Shown: one piece after another, positions 24,401-35,790 of the stretch
How positions within the stretch are numbered: position 1 is the stretch's first letter
Layout: every line of letters starts with the position of its first letter
DNA from: Takakia lepidozioides
Taxonomy: Eukaryota > Plantae > Bryophyta
DNA length: 64,000 nucleotides
Assembly: GCA_030704615.1 (NCBI GenBank)
Contig: CM060732.1
Location: 27,218,001-27,282,000 of the forward strand
Reading direction: 5' to 3'
The notes under the pieces: generated by a model
Seen by the model: the letters and a program-made list of their open reading frames with translations, nothing else
What the model was told of the DNA's origin: nothing
Database searches by the model: none
Program-made: the position numbers and the translations under genes

Positions 24401-27400
24401 TCCAGTCAGTGACATGGGGGAGGACATCTTGGATGACCTCAAGGGTCTCCCACTCTCGGCACTAGACTGAAATTTAAACTCAGGGCAGGAAGCCTACCTT
24501 TGAACAGCAAACAGAAGCAGAGAGGAAAGGGAGAGTGCAATTGCCCGCTGTGTGGGCAATTTGAAGACAGTATTCACTTTCTGATACACTGTCCAGGGCT
24601 CTCTCACCAAAGAGACACTCTCTTCAATTCTATCAAGGGAATTGTGCCTGTACCCCTGTTTAACAACTTTGAAAGTCTCGAGGCTGAGCCAAAAGCCCAG
24701 GCCCTCCTGAGGCCTAGTTTTTGGGCAAATCACACACAGCAGATTGATACTTGTGAGAAGGGATTTCTAGAGGATATCTGGAAAACCCGGATTAATTCTA
24801 TATATGATGGTAAGTCACACTACCAACGTCAGCCCCTGACTGAGGTAGGTTCTGTCCCTTTTGATCCCGCTCAAACTGGGCGCGGGGTCAATGGCCACAA
24901 GGCTACGGCAAACAACGTCTTATGAGTACAATCTATCTGAAGACTTTGGGAGCCCACCCAGACCTCCCCATTGCCCTCAGAAAAGAGGGAGATAGAGCTG
25001 CAGACAGGTATTAGGCCGCAAGATTCTATTGTCACGAAGAACCAAGAATGTCTCCCGATAGAAGTGCAGTTTTGTTGTTAGAGTGGGTAGAGGCTCTTAT
25101 TTACGCTAACTCTATATTACTACTATATTGCTACTATTACTACTATATTAGAGTGGCTGGGTTTCATGTCCGCAGTTCCAAGTTCTCTCATGATGCCTAT
25201 ATTGCGGTCCTGTTTGGATGCAATTTCAACCCCCTCCGCAGTTTGTGGCAGTAGGGAAGCAACGGAGAGTCCATTGCGCTCAAAAAAGAAAAATACCACT
25301 TACAGGAAGCTCAAAGACCTTAGAGAGAGAGATAGAGAGGACTCTTAACGCCACACGCTCTTCCCTCTAACTGTACCAATATCTGCTGACACATGCAACT
25401 AGCACTCACAAAGATATGGAGGTGTTGCTGTATAACAGATTACAACTCCAAACTTTGGCTTTGACAGTCCAATCTGTGCCCTTCAGTAAGAAGTGACGAA
25501 ATCAATGAACCAGGTGTTTGCAGAGGAAGCGGGCGGGGAGGGGAGCGTACTCAGGCAAACTTTCGTAGGCAGTAAGGACAGACCAGACGTCATGAATGTG
25601 AGCCTCCACTGTGATAGCTGCCACCACCCGCCGGTGCACCCCTCCATTTTCCTGCAGCACAGGACCATCCTGTCAGCCCATGTTGACCATTTGCCTGGTA
25701 TAAGCCTCAAATCTAGTTTCTTTCACCTTACACTCTATTTCTTAATCTCTGCGTACACTTAATTTCTTAATCTCTCAAACAGAAGCAGAGAGGAATGGGA
25801 GAATGCAATTGCCCGTTGTGTGGGCAACCTGAAGACAATATTCAGTTTCTGATTCACTGTCCGGGGTTCTCTCACCATAGAGACGCTCTCCTCAACTCTA
25901 TCAAGGGAATTGTGCATGTACCTCTGTTTACCAACTTTGAAAGTCTCGAGGCTGAGCCAAAAGCCCAGGCCCATTTGGGGCCTAGTTATTGGGCAAACCA
26001 CACACAGCAGATTGATGCTTGTGTGAAGGGATTTCTAGTGGATATCTGGAAAACCCGGATCAATTGTTTATTTCAAGGTAAGTCTTACTACCGACGTCAG
26101 CCCCTGACAAAGGTAGGTTCTGTCCCTTTGTGTTCCCCTCAAACTGGGAGAGGGGTCAATGGCCACAAGGCTACGGCAAACAACGTCTTATGATTACATT
26201 CTTAACCTCTGCGTACACAGAGGTGTGGGGAAGTGTAGTCAGTGGGTGTGGCTATTCCTTCATTGGATGATGATCAGCCAACTAGAAAGGGTTTCATGCA
26301 CAGGGTCTGCACTGCAACTGTGACCAAGGCTCGCTGATTTATGGGACAGACTATATTCCTTTCTTCCGATACTAAGCGGAATTACTATCACTCGTTCTTG
26401 GCATTACAACATTACGCCAACGTTTGATATTGTCAAAGATTACCACGTATCGCTAGCATACCCAAAATAACTTGATGGCTCACATTTGTATCAAAAGACT
26501 CACCAGAAGGTCATCAAAACGCCTCAAATGGACTTCATCCACTGCACATGGCCTCCCAAGCCTACAAGCCATTCCAACACCTCCCCACCTCTGGTCCCGA
26601 TCTCCCCACCTTGTTTCCTCCTTAAACCCCACTAGAGCAGGCCCCACCGCTGTTGAACTAACAGAATCATCTTTCAATGTCGGTGGCTGCAGAGATTGCG
26701 GTGCGGATCCAGCGGTAGAACTAACCATTACCCCAGACTTGTCAGGTCCGAGTTTCTCGAAGAAGCTTGAAAAGGAGAAGGATCTTCCTGGTAAATTGGG
26801 TTTCCCACAGGAGGGTATTTTCAGCCAAGTTGTGCAGTCAGCTTCAGCCCGCTCTGCCATGGCCCTCAAATTTACAGGAAGGTCTGCTTTGATGATTTTC
26901 TCCACAAAGGCAGCTGGGAAAAGCAACCTAGGTGTGACATTAACTTCATAATGTAGCACCGTAGTCCCTGGCCTGCAATTCGCTACAATAAAATGAGATA
27001 TGCACACACCTGACAAAGATTTGCATGTGAGTTTTCAACCAAATTATGCAGAAAGAATTGAACTTTCGAAGGGGCTGGTGGTTTATATTGACAAACCTTG
27101 GGCCAGGTCGAAGATACCACCGACCGACATAACGCTTGAAATCACCATCCACCATTGAGAACCGAAGCTCCTTTCCATCATTCTACAACCAAAACATATT
27201 CATTCAGCTCTCACCCAGCATCCAGTAGTTGCCTCCCTTCCCCTGACCTGTGCTTTAGGATGAAGCAACTCTTTAAGCTGAAAACAGCTTGAAAACTCAG
27301 TTCTCGATTGCAGATGCATGAGATTGTGTTCCAAATGTACCCCATAAGATAGAGAAGGGTCACAGTGTAAAGGGGACGAACCAACAAGGGAAGCTCCAGA

Positions 27401-28127
27401 AGGTCAAGTACCACCCGAGCTTCTATCTGCCAATACATCGCAGCTTGCATGCCTTCCTGGAGCAGCCATATCCGCCCTGGATGTGGGCATGGGATCCGCT
27501 CACTGGATCTCAGCACCAGAACACCCACAAAAGCTTCAGAAGAGTTGCTCTTTAACACCTCAAGAAAATGAGGTCGCTTACGAAAGACTTTCTTAAGACA
27601 TACTCTGATGATGCATATAACCAGAAACTCGCTAACATAACAAATTCTGAACATAAGATTCTTTCTCTAACACCTACCTCAAAAATTAGCACCCACAGAT
27701 TAACGCCAGTGGACTTCCACAAGAAATGAAACAGATACAACCTACAACACTAGACTCCTCACCTCCGTATAAGATTAGGGATGAACTCAGCCAGGCGTTC
27801 GTAGTCAGTAAGAACCTCCCACACACGGGCCTCGCTGGCCGCTATACACACACTCGCGCTGATGTGGCGTTCCCGCCACGACACAGTTTCCACCTGGCAG
27901 TGCACATCCCATTCTCCTGCCTTTGCACCACCACTGTCTTCCCATTCCTCCACAACCCCGCCTTTGTCGTCATGGTGATGACCAAAGTTCATCTCGGCAC
28001 CTCTCTCTTTTGGACTACACCCACCACCTGGATGGGCAGTAGAGTCCATTTTACCGACCACTTGGCTTACCTTCTTTACCACCTGTTTGGCGGCCTTTGG
28101 CCTGATTTTTCCATGGGCTCTCCCTCC
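18428..28127 (-). CDS. Double polyketide cyclase/START-like domain protein (Arabidopsis AT5G08720-like), multi-exon; 5' end unresolved
   Basis: GT-AG exons approx. 28127-27763, 27502-27382, 27182-27097, 26972-26504, 25651-25551, 21773-21707, 21556-21329, 20327-20010, 19805-19622, 18889-18817, 18678-18428. Peptides VWEVLTDYERLAEFIPNL, FSMVDGDFKRY, ENGGVHRRVVA, VEGDFDSFQGKW, GRVDLEKAIARMGGF, RSLEKWGGL. Confidence 0.92.
18991..19512 (+). mobile_element. Older degenerate 3' fragment of the LINE family (intronic, with an internal ~120-bp duplication)
   Basis: Homologous to 24496-24930. Ends TGGCCAGAAGGCTACGGCCTTATGAGCACATTCT. TCAGGAACATCAAGAACATGGTT occurs twice. Confidence 0.85.
20400..20900 (-). 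repeat. Old dispersed repeat, possibly an L1-like 3' remnant; second copy at 22377-22712 + 24931-25050 is split by the young LINE
   Basis: GCTGCCAAGCATTTCTG at ~20567 and ~22532. GAGCCCACCCAGA...GCAAGATTCTAT at ~20780-20860 and ~24950-25030. Confidence 0.6.
22028..22364 (-). mobile_element. SINE-like non-autonomous retroposon sharing the LINE 3' tail; 12-bp TSD
   Basis: TGGCCATAGCAG at 22016-22027 and 22365-22376. 3' end GGGGTCGATGCCCGCAAAGCTATGGCAA...ATGAGTACATTCT. Body homologous to 47723-47930. Confidence 0.85.
22713..24930 (+). mobile_element. 5'-truncated non-LTR retrotransposon (LINE; RT + C-terminal CCHC finger; RTE-X-like by inference), frameshifted, intronic
   Basis: [71 protein letters not shown]. 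Frameshifts near 23275, 24210 and 24470. Confidence 0.95.
25759..26198 (+). mobile_element. 5'-truncated LINE copy with ~20-bp TSD (intronic)
   Basis: Highly similar to 24508-24930. TTCTTAA(T/C)CTCTGCGTACAC at 25739-25758 and 26199-26218. Confidence 0.93.
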
Positions 28128-31100
28128 CTTGCAAGAACAAGACAAATAAACTTAGTAATCCACCTTCACATTTTGGAGGAGTGCACAAAGGACTATGGGC
28201 TTCAGGTCAAAGCCATTGTTTTGATACACCTGCTGATTCCTCTACATGGTTCAAGGACATGTTGGTACACCCATGTCTTCATTTGGTATGTGCCACGGCC
28301 TCTCCACAACATAAGTGCCTCAAAATCCAGCATGTCTAGAATTCTTTTCAAGAATGACAGAGACCTTCCTTGTCCTGCACTAGGCTGTAATTGTACAACC
28401 CAATTACTTGTTTGCAGTTGTCATTCTACTACCAGGAAACCACTTTTGTATGGTCTGACCCTGCTAACTTGCAACATAATACAATTGGTCCCCAGGGGGA
28501 GAGGTGTGATATACTTTCCAGGCACGATCCATCTGTGACACTTCCAATATTTACGAGTTCCTACATCACGAACACTTGTAATACACTGAACACCTTTCCC
28601 TGAAGGAAAGATGTAGCGATTTATAACAGGCTTCAAGCTCCATAGCAATGGTCGGGTGTTCACAAAGAGCAACTAATGAACTGCAAATGACAGCAGTGTC
28701 AAGAAATGTCAGGGACTGAGATGTGCAACCTTGCCTACGGAGTTTCAGAGTCAAAGGAATTTACCGTCTTTGTACTGAAAAGTACAAAAAGAAATAGATG
28801 AGACAGGCAATGGTACCTGAAGCCGCCGGTCGACGTCTTCCCTCCCAGATCGCATGATTATTTTCCACATTGCCTTTACCAACCAATCACACAACGACTT
28901 GAGATCAAATGCATGACTGGAGCTCAAGACAATGTGGATCAGCCCAGGGTCCTGCACGAAGTTTGTTGTACATGCTTTCAACATATATGCACGTGAAATA
29001 ACCAGAGCTGCATAACATCCATGGGAAGGCCAACGACTTTATAGACAAGAACCCTTTATAAGCAAACAAACCACTAGAAAACAGGTAGAGACAGACTAGA
29101 CAGTCAACAAGAAAAACAAGCATGGGATAAAAAAGAATCATTGCATCCACAACAGGCACCAAGCACCTGCGGGAGACAGTATGACACATAAGAAATCAAA
29201 CAAACATGTCAAACCCACATGCTGCAAGGAGACGGAATGCCTCTTGCAGGTAGTGGCTAAGCAATTCTCATAATTCTAGCCTTCTGCACAGGTAGAGGAA
29301 TTGATAAACAGACGCCAGTAATCCTCCCTTGATCTCTAGTATGTAGGAGACAAGAAAGGAAATGGGTACAAGGGTGTCAAGCAAACAGTACCTTCTCAGT
29401 CTGGTCAAAAATGAGGGGATTGCTATCACGCAATCCATCAAACAGCATGGGGAGTGTGTGCGGGTCCCCTAACCCTCCCATTGACTGACCAGCCCACAAC
29501 AATGTTAAACATTTGTATTCTGATAGCTTCAAGCAGTTGATTCTTTCAGTCCCAAGTTTTAATGACCTGAACTAAAATGGGTCTGTAACATTTTGTTAAA
29601 AGAATGAGCTGAGCTCAGTTTTCCTATCTGTTATCACCTACAACCTTTTACGGTACGAGAAATTTGCAAAACTTAAGGGCAATAATCTCCTGTTAAAGGC
29701 AGGCACATCATTGGCTTGGGATATTCCCTGTGTATGGCGTTCATATAAGCAGAGCCATATGTACATGGCTCCATATCAGAAGGACTATGAGTGACAATGG
29801 CTGCAAAGGAAGCTTCCCGCTAGACTCTTATTTCAGGTAACAGCGAGCTACTACACACACAATAACGGTTCTAGAGAGAGAAGAGCCACCTAATCTTAAC
29901 AAAAGAAGGGGTGAGTTGCATACTGCAATAGCTGTCATCCTTTGCTCTAAGCTGCCATTTCTAAGTTTTGCTGCATTTGTCAACACAAACTGGCCCAGCC
30001 CCACAAGGCAGAGTGCACTGTGCATCAGCACCACCATCCTAATAGCCATTAATTTCTTTCACCATACAAAGAAAGTCCCTAACCAACCCATCATCCTTGT
30101 CCTCTTCATCCCCTTGTGTGGTAGAACAATACGAACCAAAGAACTCATGATATGTACCTGCTCCCCAGGAGTTAACTGCGACTTCACACCCGCCAGCAGG
30201 TCCCGTAACCTACCAAAGCATTGTTGAACTTGGTAAGTAGGAAGGCCCAAGCGAGAGAAGATAGGTGGAGAAGACAGCTGTCAGACACAGAGACACAAAA
30301 CACACATACATTTCTGCCAACAAGGCACATGCAGACAAACACATAGAAGATGCAGAATAACACGACAATCACCTCGTGGCCTCTGTATAATTCTCCTCTG
30401 CAACTGCAACTGTTAACTGCCTGCACACCTCCCAGATGCTTCCCAGTCATTGAAACACCTTTTTGGCATGTCCACCAGAAGTTGAATACTTCAGTGAATA
30501 AAACGATATTAGATACCACAAAAGTGATGCAGTTTCACAATCAATTACTGGATTAATTGTCAAAGCTCTAAAGTTATGCAGGGCTAATACCTTTTCTCAT
30601 GTATCTAGCCAAAGCAAACCTTAAAATATACTGACTTGCCTTTCTAGCAGCTGGACCCGTTGCAAGGTATTCTCCTCTTCTGTCACAATGTCTAGATCAT
30701 TGGTGCAGGTTGCAGCCTGCTAGTGTCGAACCAATGGGTCAATTCACAGCATAATCAGGCTCTTTCCTTGGCAATGTGCGCTCACCAAATACATGACGAT
30801 TTTCCACAGGCAGATTTCTCTCAGTCTGTCTACCTCCTCCAAAACATTCCCACTTTCAATATTTCCATGACAACTCAGCTGGGCCTCCGCTGTGAACTTT
30901 AGTACGTTATGATTCTCTGACTAGGGTGGGAAACTTACTCCCATCATCAACAGACAGTTTCCTCCACTCTACAAGTCGTGACACTTTCTAGAGATGAGTC
31001 CTTGAAATGCCTTCTCCATCTGACCACAAGTGAAAAATCTCTTAACAGATGGATGCAGCCATGGGGCCTCCAGGTAGGCACTTGGGTTCCAGCTGGAATC

Positions 31101-34100
31101 CAAGAGGTAATCCAATGCAGTCTGAAACATGGGTGGACTTGGCCTAGGGGCCAGATGAATTGGTCAAGCGAAGCAAGTTTCGAATGGTAGGTAGACAGAC
31201 AGATGGACAGAAAAACAGGGACGGCAATAATCATGGAGTGAGAAAGAGGCCAATTTTGTCAAAGAAAGAAAGAGAAAACCATTTCCAGCCAACCTTAGCA
31301 GGGTACGGTCCTACAGAGCGAGAGTTCAGGGCAGTTGTTTACCCCTAGATTGTCTGCACAACGAGTTTGGTGTGTGCAATTAGACCTCCAGGCAAGTCTC
31401 CCCTGCGTTACTGAGCATGAGGACTCACAGCACCTAAACATTATATCCTGTGAGCAAACCCAGGTTAAAACAACAAGACCCTGAGCTTTCCGTTTGGAGT
31501 GGGATGCATTAGCATGTGAGAAAGAAGTCAGGTCAAGCGAGACACTTTTGTGGTTGACAATCTGTGAGGCATGGGAACCCGTCTCTCCGTGTGTCAACTG
31601 TGCAGGCAGGTGCAGTTGTTTGGCCATGCCACATCAAAGCGATGAGTCTCTCACTTGAGTAGTATGTAACTTCCTAAGATTTCTCCCAACAACACTAAGG
31701 AATTGCTAAGAGACCAGTGAAACAGTTTGTTATGTTCAGATACTGAGACACCTCATCGGTCACCATTTTTAAAGACACGGGCTCCCCAAAACACTCCATT
31801 GACGAGTACTAGCCCAGCACAAGGGGCACATGAGATGAAGGATATGATTCAAAACCTCTAGCTACTTCTATTTAAAATGATAGATAACACCATACAATCT
31901 AACAAGGGAATACACAGCGGTTGCATGTAGAACAGAAAGCACAGTGAAGGAACCAGACAGCCAAACATGTAGGATAAGCATAAAAGAGATAGGGCACTGC
32001 CATGCATGTTTTTGAAACCCAGAGGTTTTTTGAAGGTAGGGGATATAAACACAACTACACTTTGAAATGCAACATTATGTCAATGGTTCCCAACCGTAAT
32101 CTCAACCGTATAGCCAACACAACGCAAAATGTAAAGGTCAATACATGCGTTAGGAAATACTTCAACCCATTGAAACAAAACCCCCTTTTCCATTATTTCG
32201 TAAACCCATGTACAAATGCTCACCTCACTGCCCACTCTACCTTCTTCCATGTAAACCAGGCCATGCCTTTCCTCAAAACTTCAACAGAAATGGGATTTGG
32301 GAAGCTTTATGAAAGCATCTACCTTTGAGTTCGCCTGGACCCTTGGTTTCTCCAAGGTCATGGGATCCCTCATTCTCGCACTCCTCAGATTCCATCGAAC
32401 TGCCACTAACTTGCTGAAACCCAGGCCCTGCATGGGTCCTTCGTGCCCCCTACCATCTGTCACAGCTACAGATAAGGAAATCAAAGGTGCTGTTGACCTT
32501 GCTTTCCACAGGGTCATCTGGCAGAGGGGACATTACCCTGCGTCTGTTAACCACCAAAAACTTCAATTCTTCATATATCTTCTCACCATAATGATGAACC
32601 TTGAAACTAAGTTGATGTCAGATTGTGCGACTCTCTTCGTCAGCTTATTAACATTAACAGCGACAGGGAGCAGTAATCATTTCTAATATGGGAGGGCGGC
32701 AGGACTGCACATATCACATACCTGTTTCTCATTCATTTTGTACTGTTCTGATAAAAGAGTTAACTCATACTAGCCAGAAGTGTGTGGGGTGGGGTCAAAT
32801 ACTCCACATACGATACAGGTAGACCACATGAATATGGTTACATTTGGAAGTTAGATCAAGCTCAAGTGTTTTCCTGGATTTGAGAATCCTGCCCGAGGGC
32901 GGGAAGAATATGGCAGATAAGGAAAAATCTGCCAATGCCCGAGGCACATACGAAATTCGGTTGTACTTCCGGGCAAAAATTTGGAATCTATGGAATGGGG
33001 TTTTCAGGACAAGAAGCCACTCATTTTACAATTGAAATTTTCGGCTAGGATTTTAAGCCCGGGGTAAACTCGCTCAAGCTCTGGCATACACGTACCGGTG
33101 CTGTGAGGCCGAAGAATTGCTGCTTGTAAATTGCTTGCAGCCATGGGACCAAATCACCCAATTTCACCTGGACAACGAAGCTGGCTCGGCACCTGATGAC
33201 GCACAAGGATTTTCACCGGGCCTGGCAACCTATCCCTCAGCTCCAATGTTTAGGTGTTGCTCAGCAAGTGAGCAACACCTAAACAAGCACAATCCTGGGT
33301 GGCAGCTCCAAAGCTCAAATCGCTTATCAGCTTCAGCTTTCTCTCAATCCACCAAACATTCTCAGATTTATCATGTTCGCTACTTGTCTGTCTCTCGTCA
33401 CAGTTCAAATCTACAGAACCCACCAACAGCTTTCCGACAAGGCACCACAGATTTATCAGTCTCTAGACTGGGATCTGTACATGAAGATCCTGAGTTCAAT
33501 CCTTCATAAATTTTCCTTTTGAGGGGCGTACAGACTGCGGGCCGAACCCTAGAGAGTGGACATGGCACAGAGCTGAAAAATTGCAACAGACCCATGGCCA
33601 AACTAAAGGGCAACAAGAGAGTTGGACTCCATTTACACGACATGACTGTTTTCACTTGCTCTTCTTTGGGAGCCCAAATCAATTTTATTGGCTCCTCCTA
33701 AAGAGACACCATGCTGCTGTCTCCCAAATTGTCCCTTTTCAGTTAATACCTTGGACCTGTGAAAATGATACCTTCACCAGTTAATACCCATTTCCAGTAG
33801 AGGCCTGTGTAGAATTTCATCCGTCATTTTCATCCCCATGCTGAGTGCCATGTAGGAGTTCCATTCATCAACACTAGGCTTGGAGGCACGATCTCAAGAC
33901 CATCTACCCTATTGGCAAAACATTTGAGGTGGCTACAACTAGCACATAACTTATGTGATCCCATCTCCCAAAAACACCTCCATCTTAACCCTTACTCAAT
34001 ATCGACCCAATTTGGGTCAGTCAGGTTAACTAAACTGGCCCTTTGGTTAAGCCTGATCAGCCCCATTTTGGGCTCATTTGAAAGAGAATCAATTTACCCT

Positions 34101-34397
34101 TTAAATGGCCTGAAGGGGTTGGCAGATGGACCCCATGGAGTTACGATGGTGGCTGAGCTCATGGCTGGAGAGATGGGGGCATTGCCAGGGCTGCAGCAAA
34201 TGGAAGGGCAGTGTGAATGGATGACAGGGTTGTTCTTGAGATCCTGTTTTGCTTCTATCGATTTTGGTGGATCCTGCCATGTGAAATCGCGATTTCTTGA
34301 ACTAGAGATACCATGGCGTCTAACCGACCTGCGATTTAGGGGTTGGCTTTCATTCTTGAGCGCATCGTCTCATCCTATGCATTTGGGCGCCTACTTG

Positions 34398-34688
34398 CAT
34401 GTTGACAGCAATCCAGCCCTGTCAATAATTTCGCTATAACCTTGAACCTCCTACTTTGGTTTGGCACGCGATTTAGGTTTTCGTTTTGTTTCTTGCGTGC
34501 ATGGTTTACTGCTATCGATTTGTTGTGCCTCCTCCATGTTGGCAGCAATCCAGCCCTGTCAATAATTTCGCTATAACCTTGAACCTCCTACTTTGGTTTG
34601 GCACGCGATTTAGGTTTTCGTTTTGTTTCTTGCGTGCATGGTTTACTGCTATCGATTTGTTGTGCCTCCTCCATGTTGGCAGCAATCC
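34398..34688. repeat. 137-bp near-perfect tandem duplication (2 units + partial)
   Basis: CATGTTG.CAGCAATCCA at 34398, 34535 and 34672, with identical intervening sequence. Confidence 0.95.
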
Positions 34689-34766
34689 AACCAATGTGAA
34701 ATCGTGATTTTCGGGTGAATGTGTATGATTTCGCCTAACCGACCTGCGATTTAGGTATTGGCATTA

Positions 34767-34930
34767 TACTACGACAGAAGGCGGTTTTTATGACTACACA
34801 TATGACTGCACATAGTCATAAAAACGTGCATATGACTATAGGCCTCACGGTCATGCGGACCATGGATGGTCATGAGAGCTATACAGTCACATGTACAAAG
34901 TCATATCCTTCACTGTCAATTAATCATATA
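34767..34930 (+). mobile_element. Terminal remnant of a CACTA element related to the one at 1-6041
   Basis: TACTACGACAGAAGGC resembles CACTACAACAGATAAGGC. TATGACT repeats. 13-bp inverted repeat at 34784-34796 / 34813-34825. Confidence 0.6.
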
Positions 34931-35790
34931 GCTTTTGGCTGTGCCTGAAAGGAGGGGCCGGGTGGCCGTAGGAGCTCCCGAACCCGGTACGCTGGTGGGC
35001 TATGGCCACAAATATCATAGGCCTACATGCTATAACATAGGTGTGGCATCTGAAGTCCCGGGAAGGGAACCCAAAAACCCTATGTCATGCTTTGATTGGT
35101 CCCAAACTGTTTTGGGGACTTGTTACGGATGCCCACAACACTTCCACCAGAGGAATTAGGACTTGAACGGCTCAATTGTACGTTGAGATATTTTGTCCTT
35201 CCCGAAGGAAAGAGACACCCCATTCTGTGACTAGTTACAAAGGCGCCCACTTGGAAACTTACATACCAGAAACAAGTGAACAGTTGAGGGAGCGTGTGCT
35301 ACATGGCATCAGGTAGGTAGGGTACTAAATTCCCGAGCTTCTCTAATCAAAACTGGCCATACCAATGTGAGCTAAAAACTGGGTTTTTTTTCCTGGGCTG
35401 CTGCAAAATGTGGGCGGGCACAGTAGCATGAGATGTGGTAGCAGGAACTAGAAACGTAGAAACTATTGAGAACATGATAAAGCACACCTCACGTTTTGGC
35501 AGAGGTGATGGGCCTATCGTCAAAGGGATCATCTGTGCGTTATGTTTTCGTCGCTGGAGCTTGTGTGCATCGCGTGTCGTCAAATGTTCCTCTGCACCAC
35601 AATTTGATGAGCGTAGCACAGACGCACCGGAACTCAGAGATGGATCCATGTCATGAGATTAAGTGGGGGTTTTGGAATCAGCTCCGCATGGAGCTAAAGA
35701 ATCTGCAGTTCACTGAAGAGAGTAGGGACAGTGAGGGGCAGATGACTTCTGTTATTACTGATTTTACTGTACCGGTAGGACTTGAGCAGG

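Noticed and set aside
33912-34439. 175-aa ORF
   Set aside because: Non-ATG start, runs into repeat sequence, no domain.
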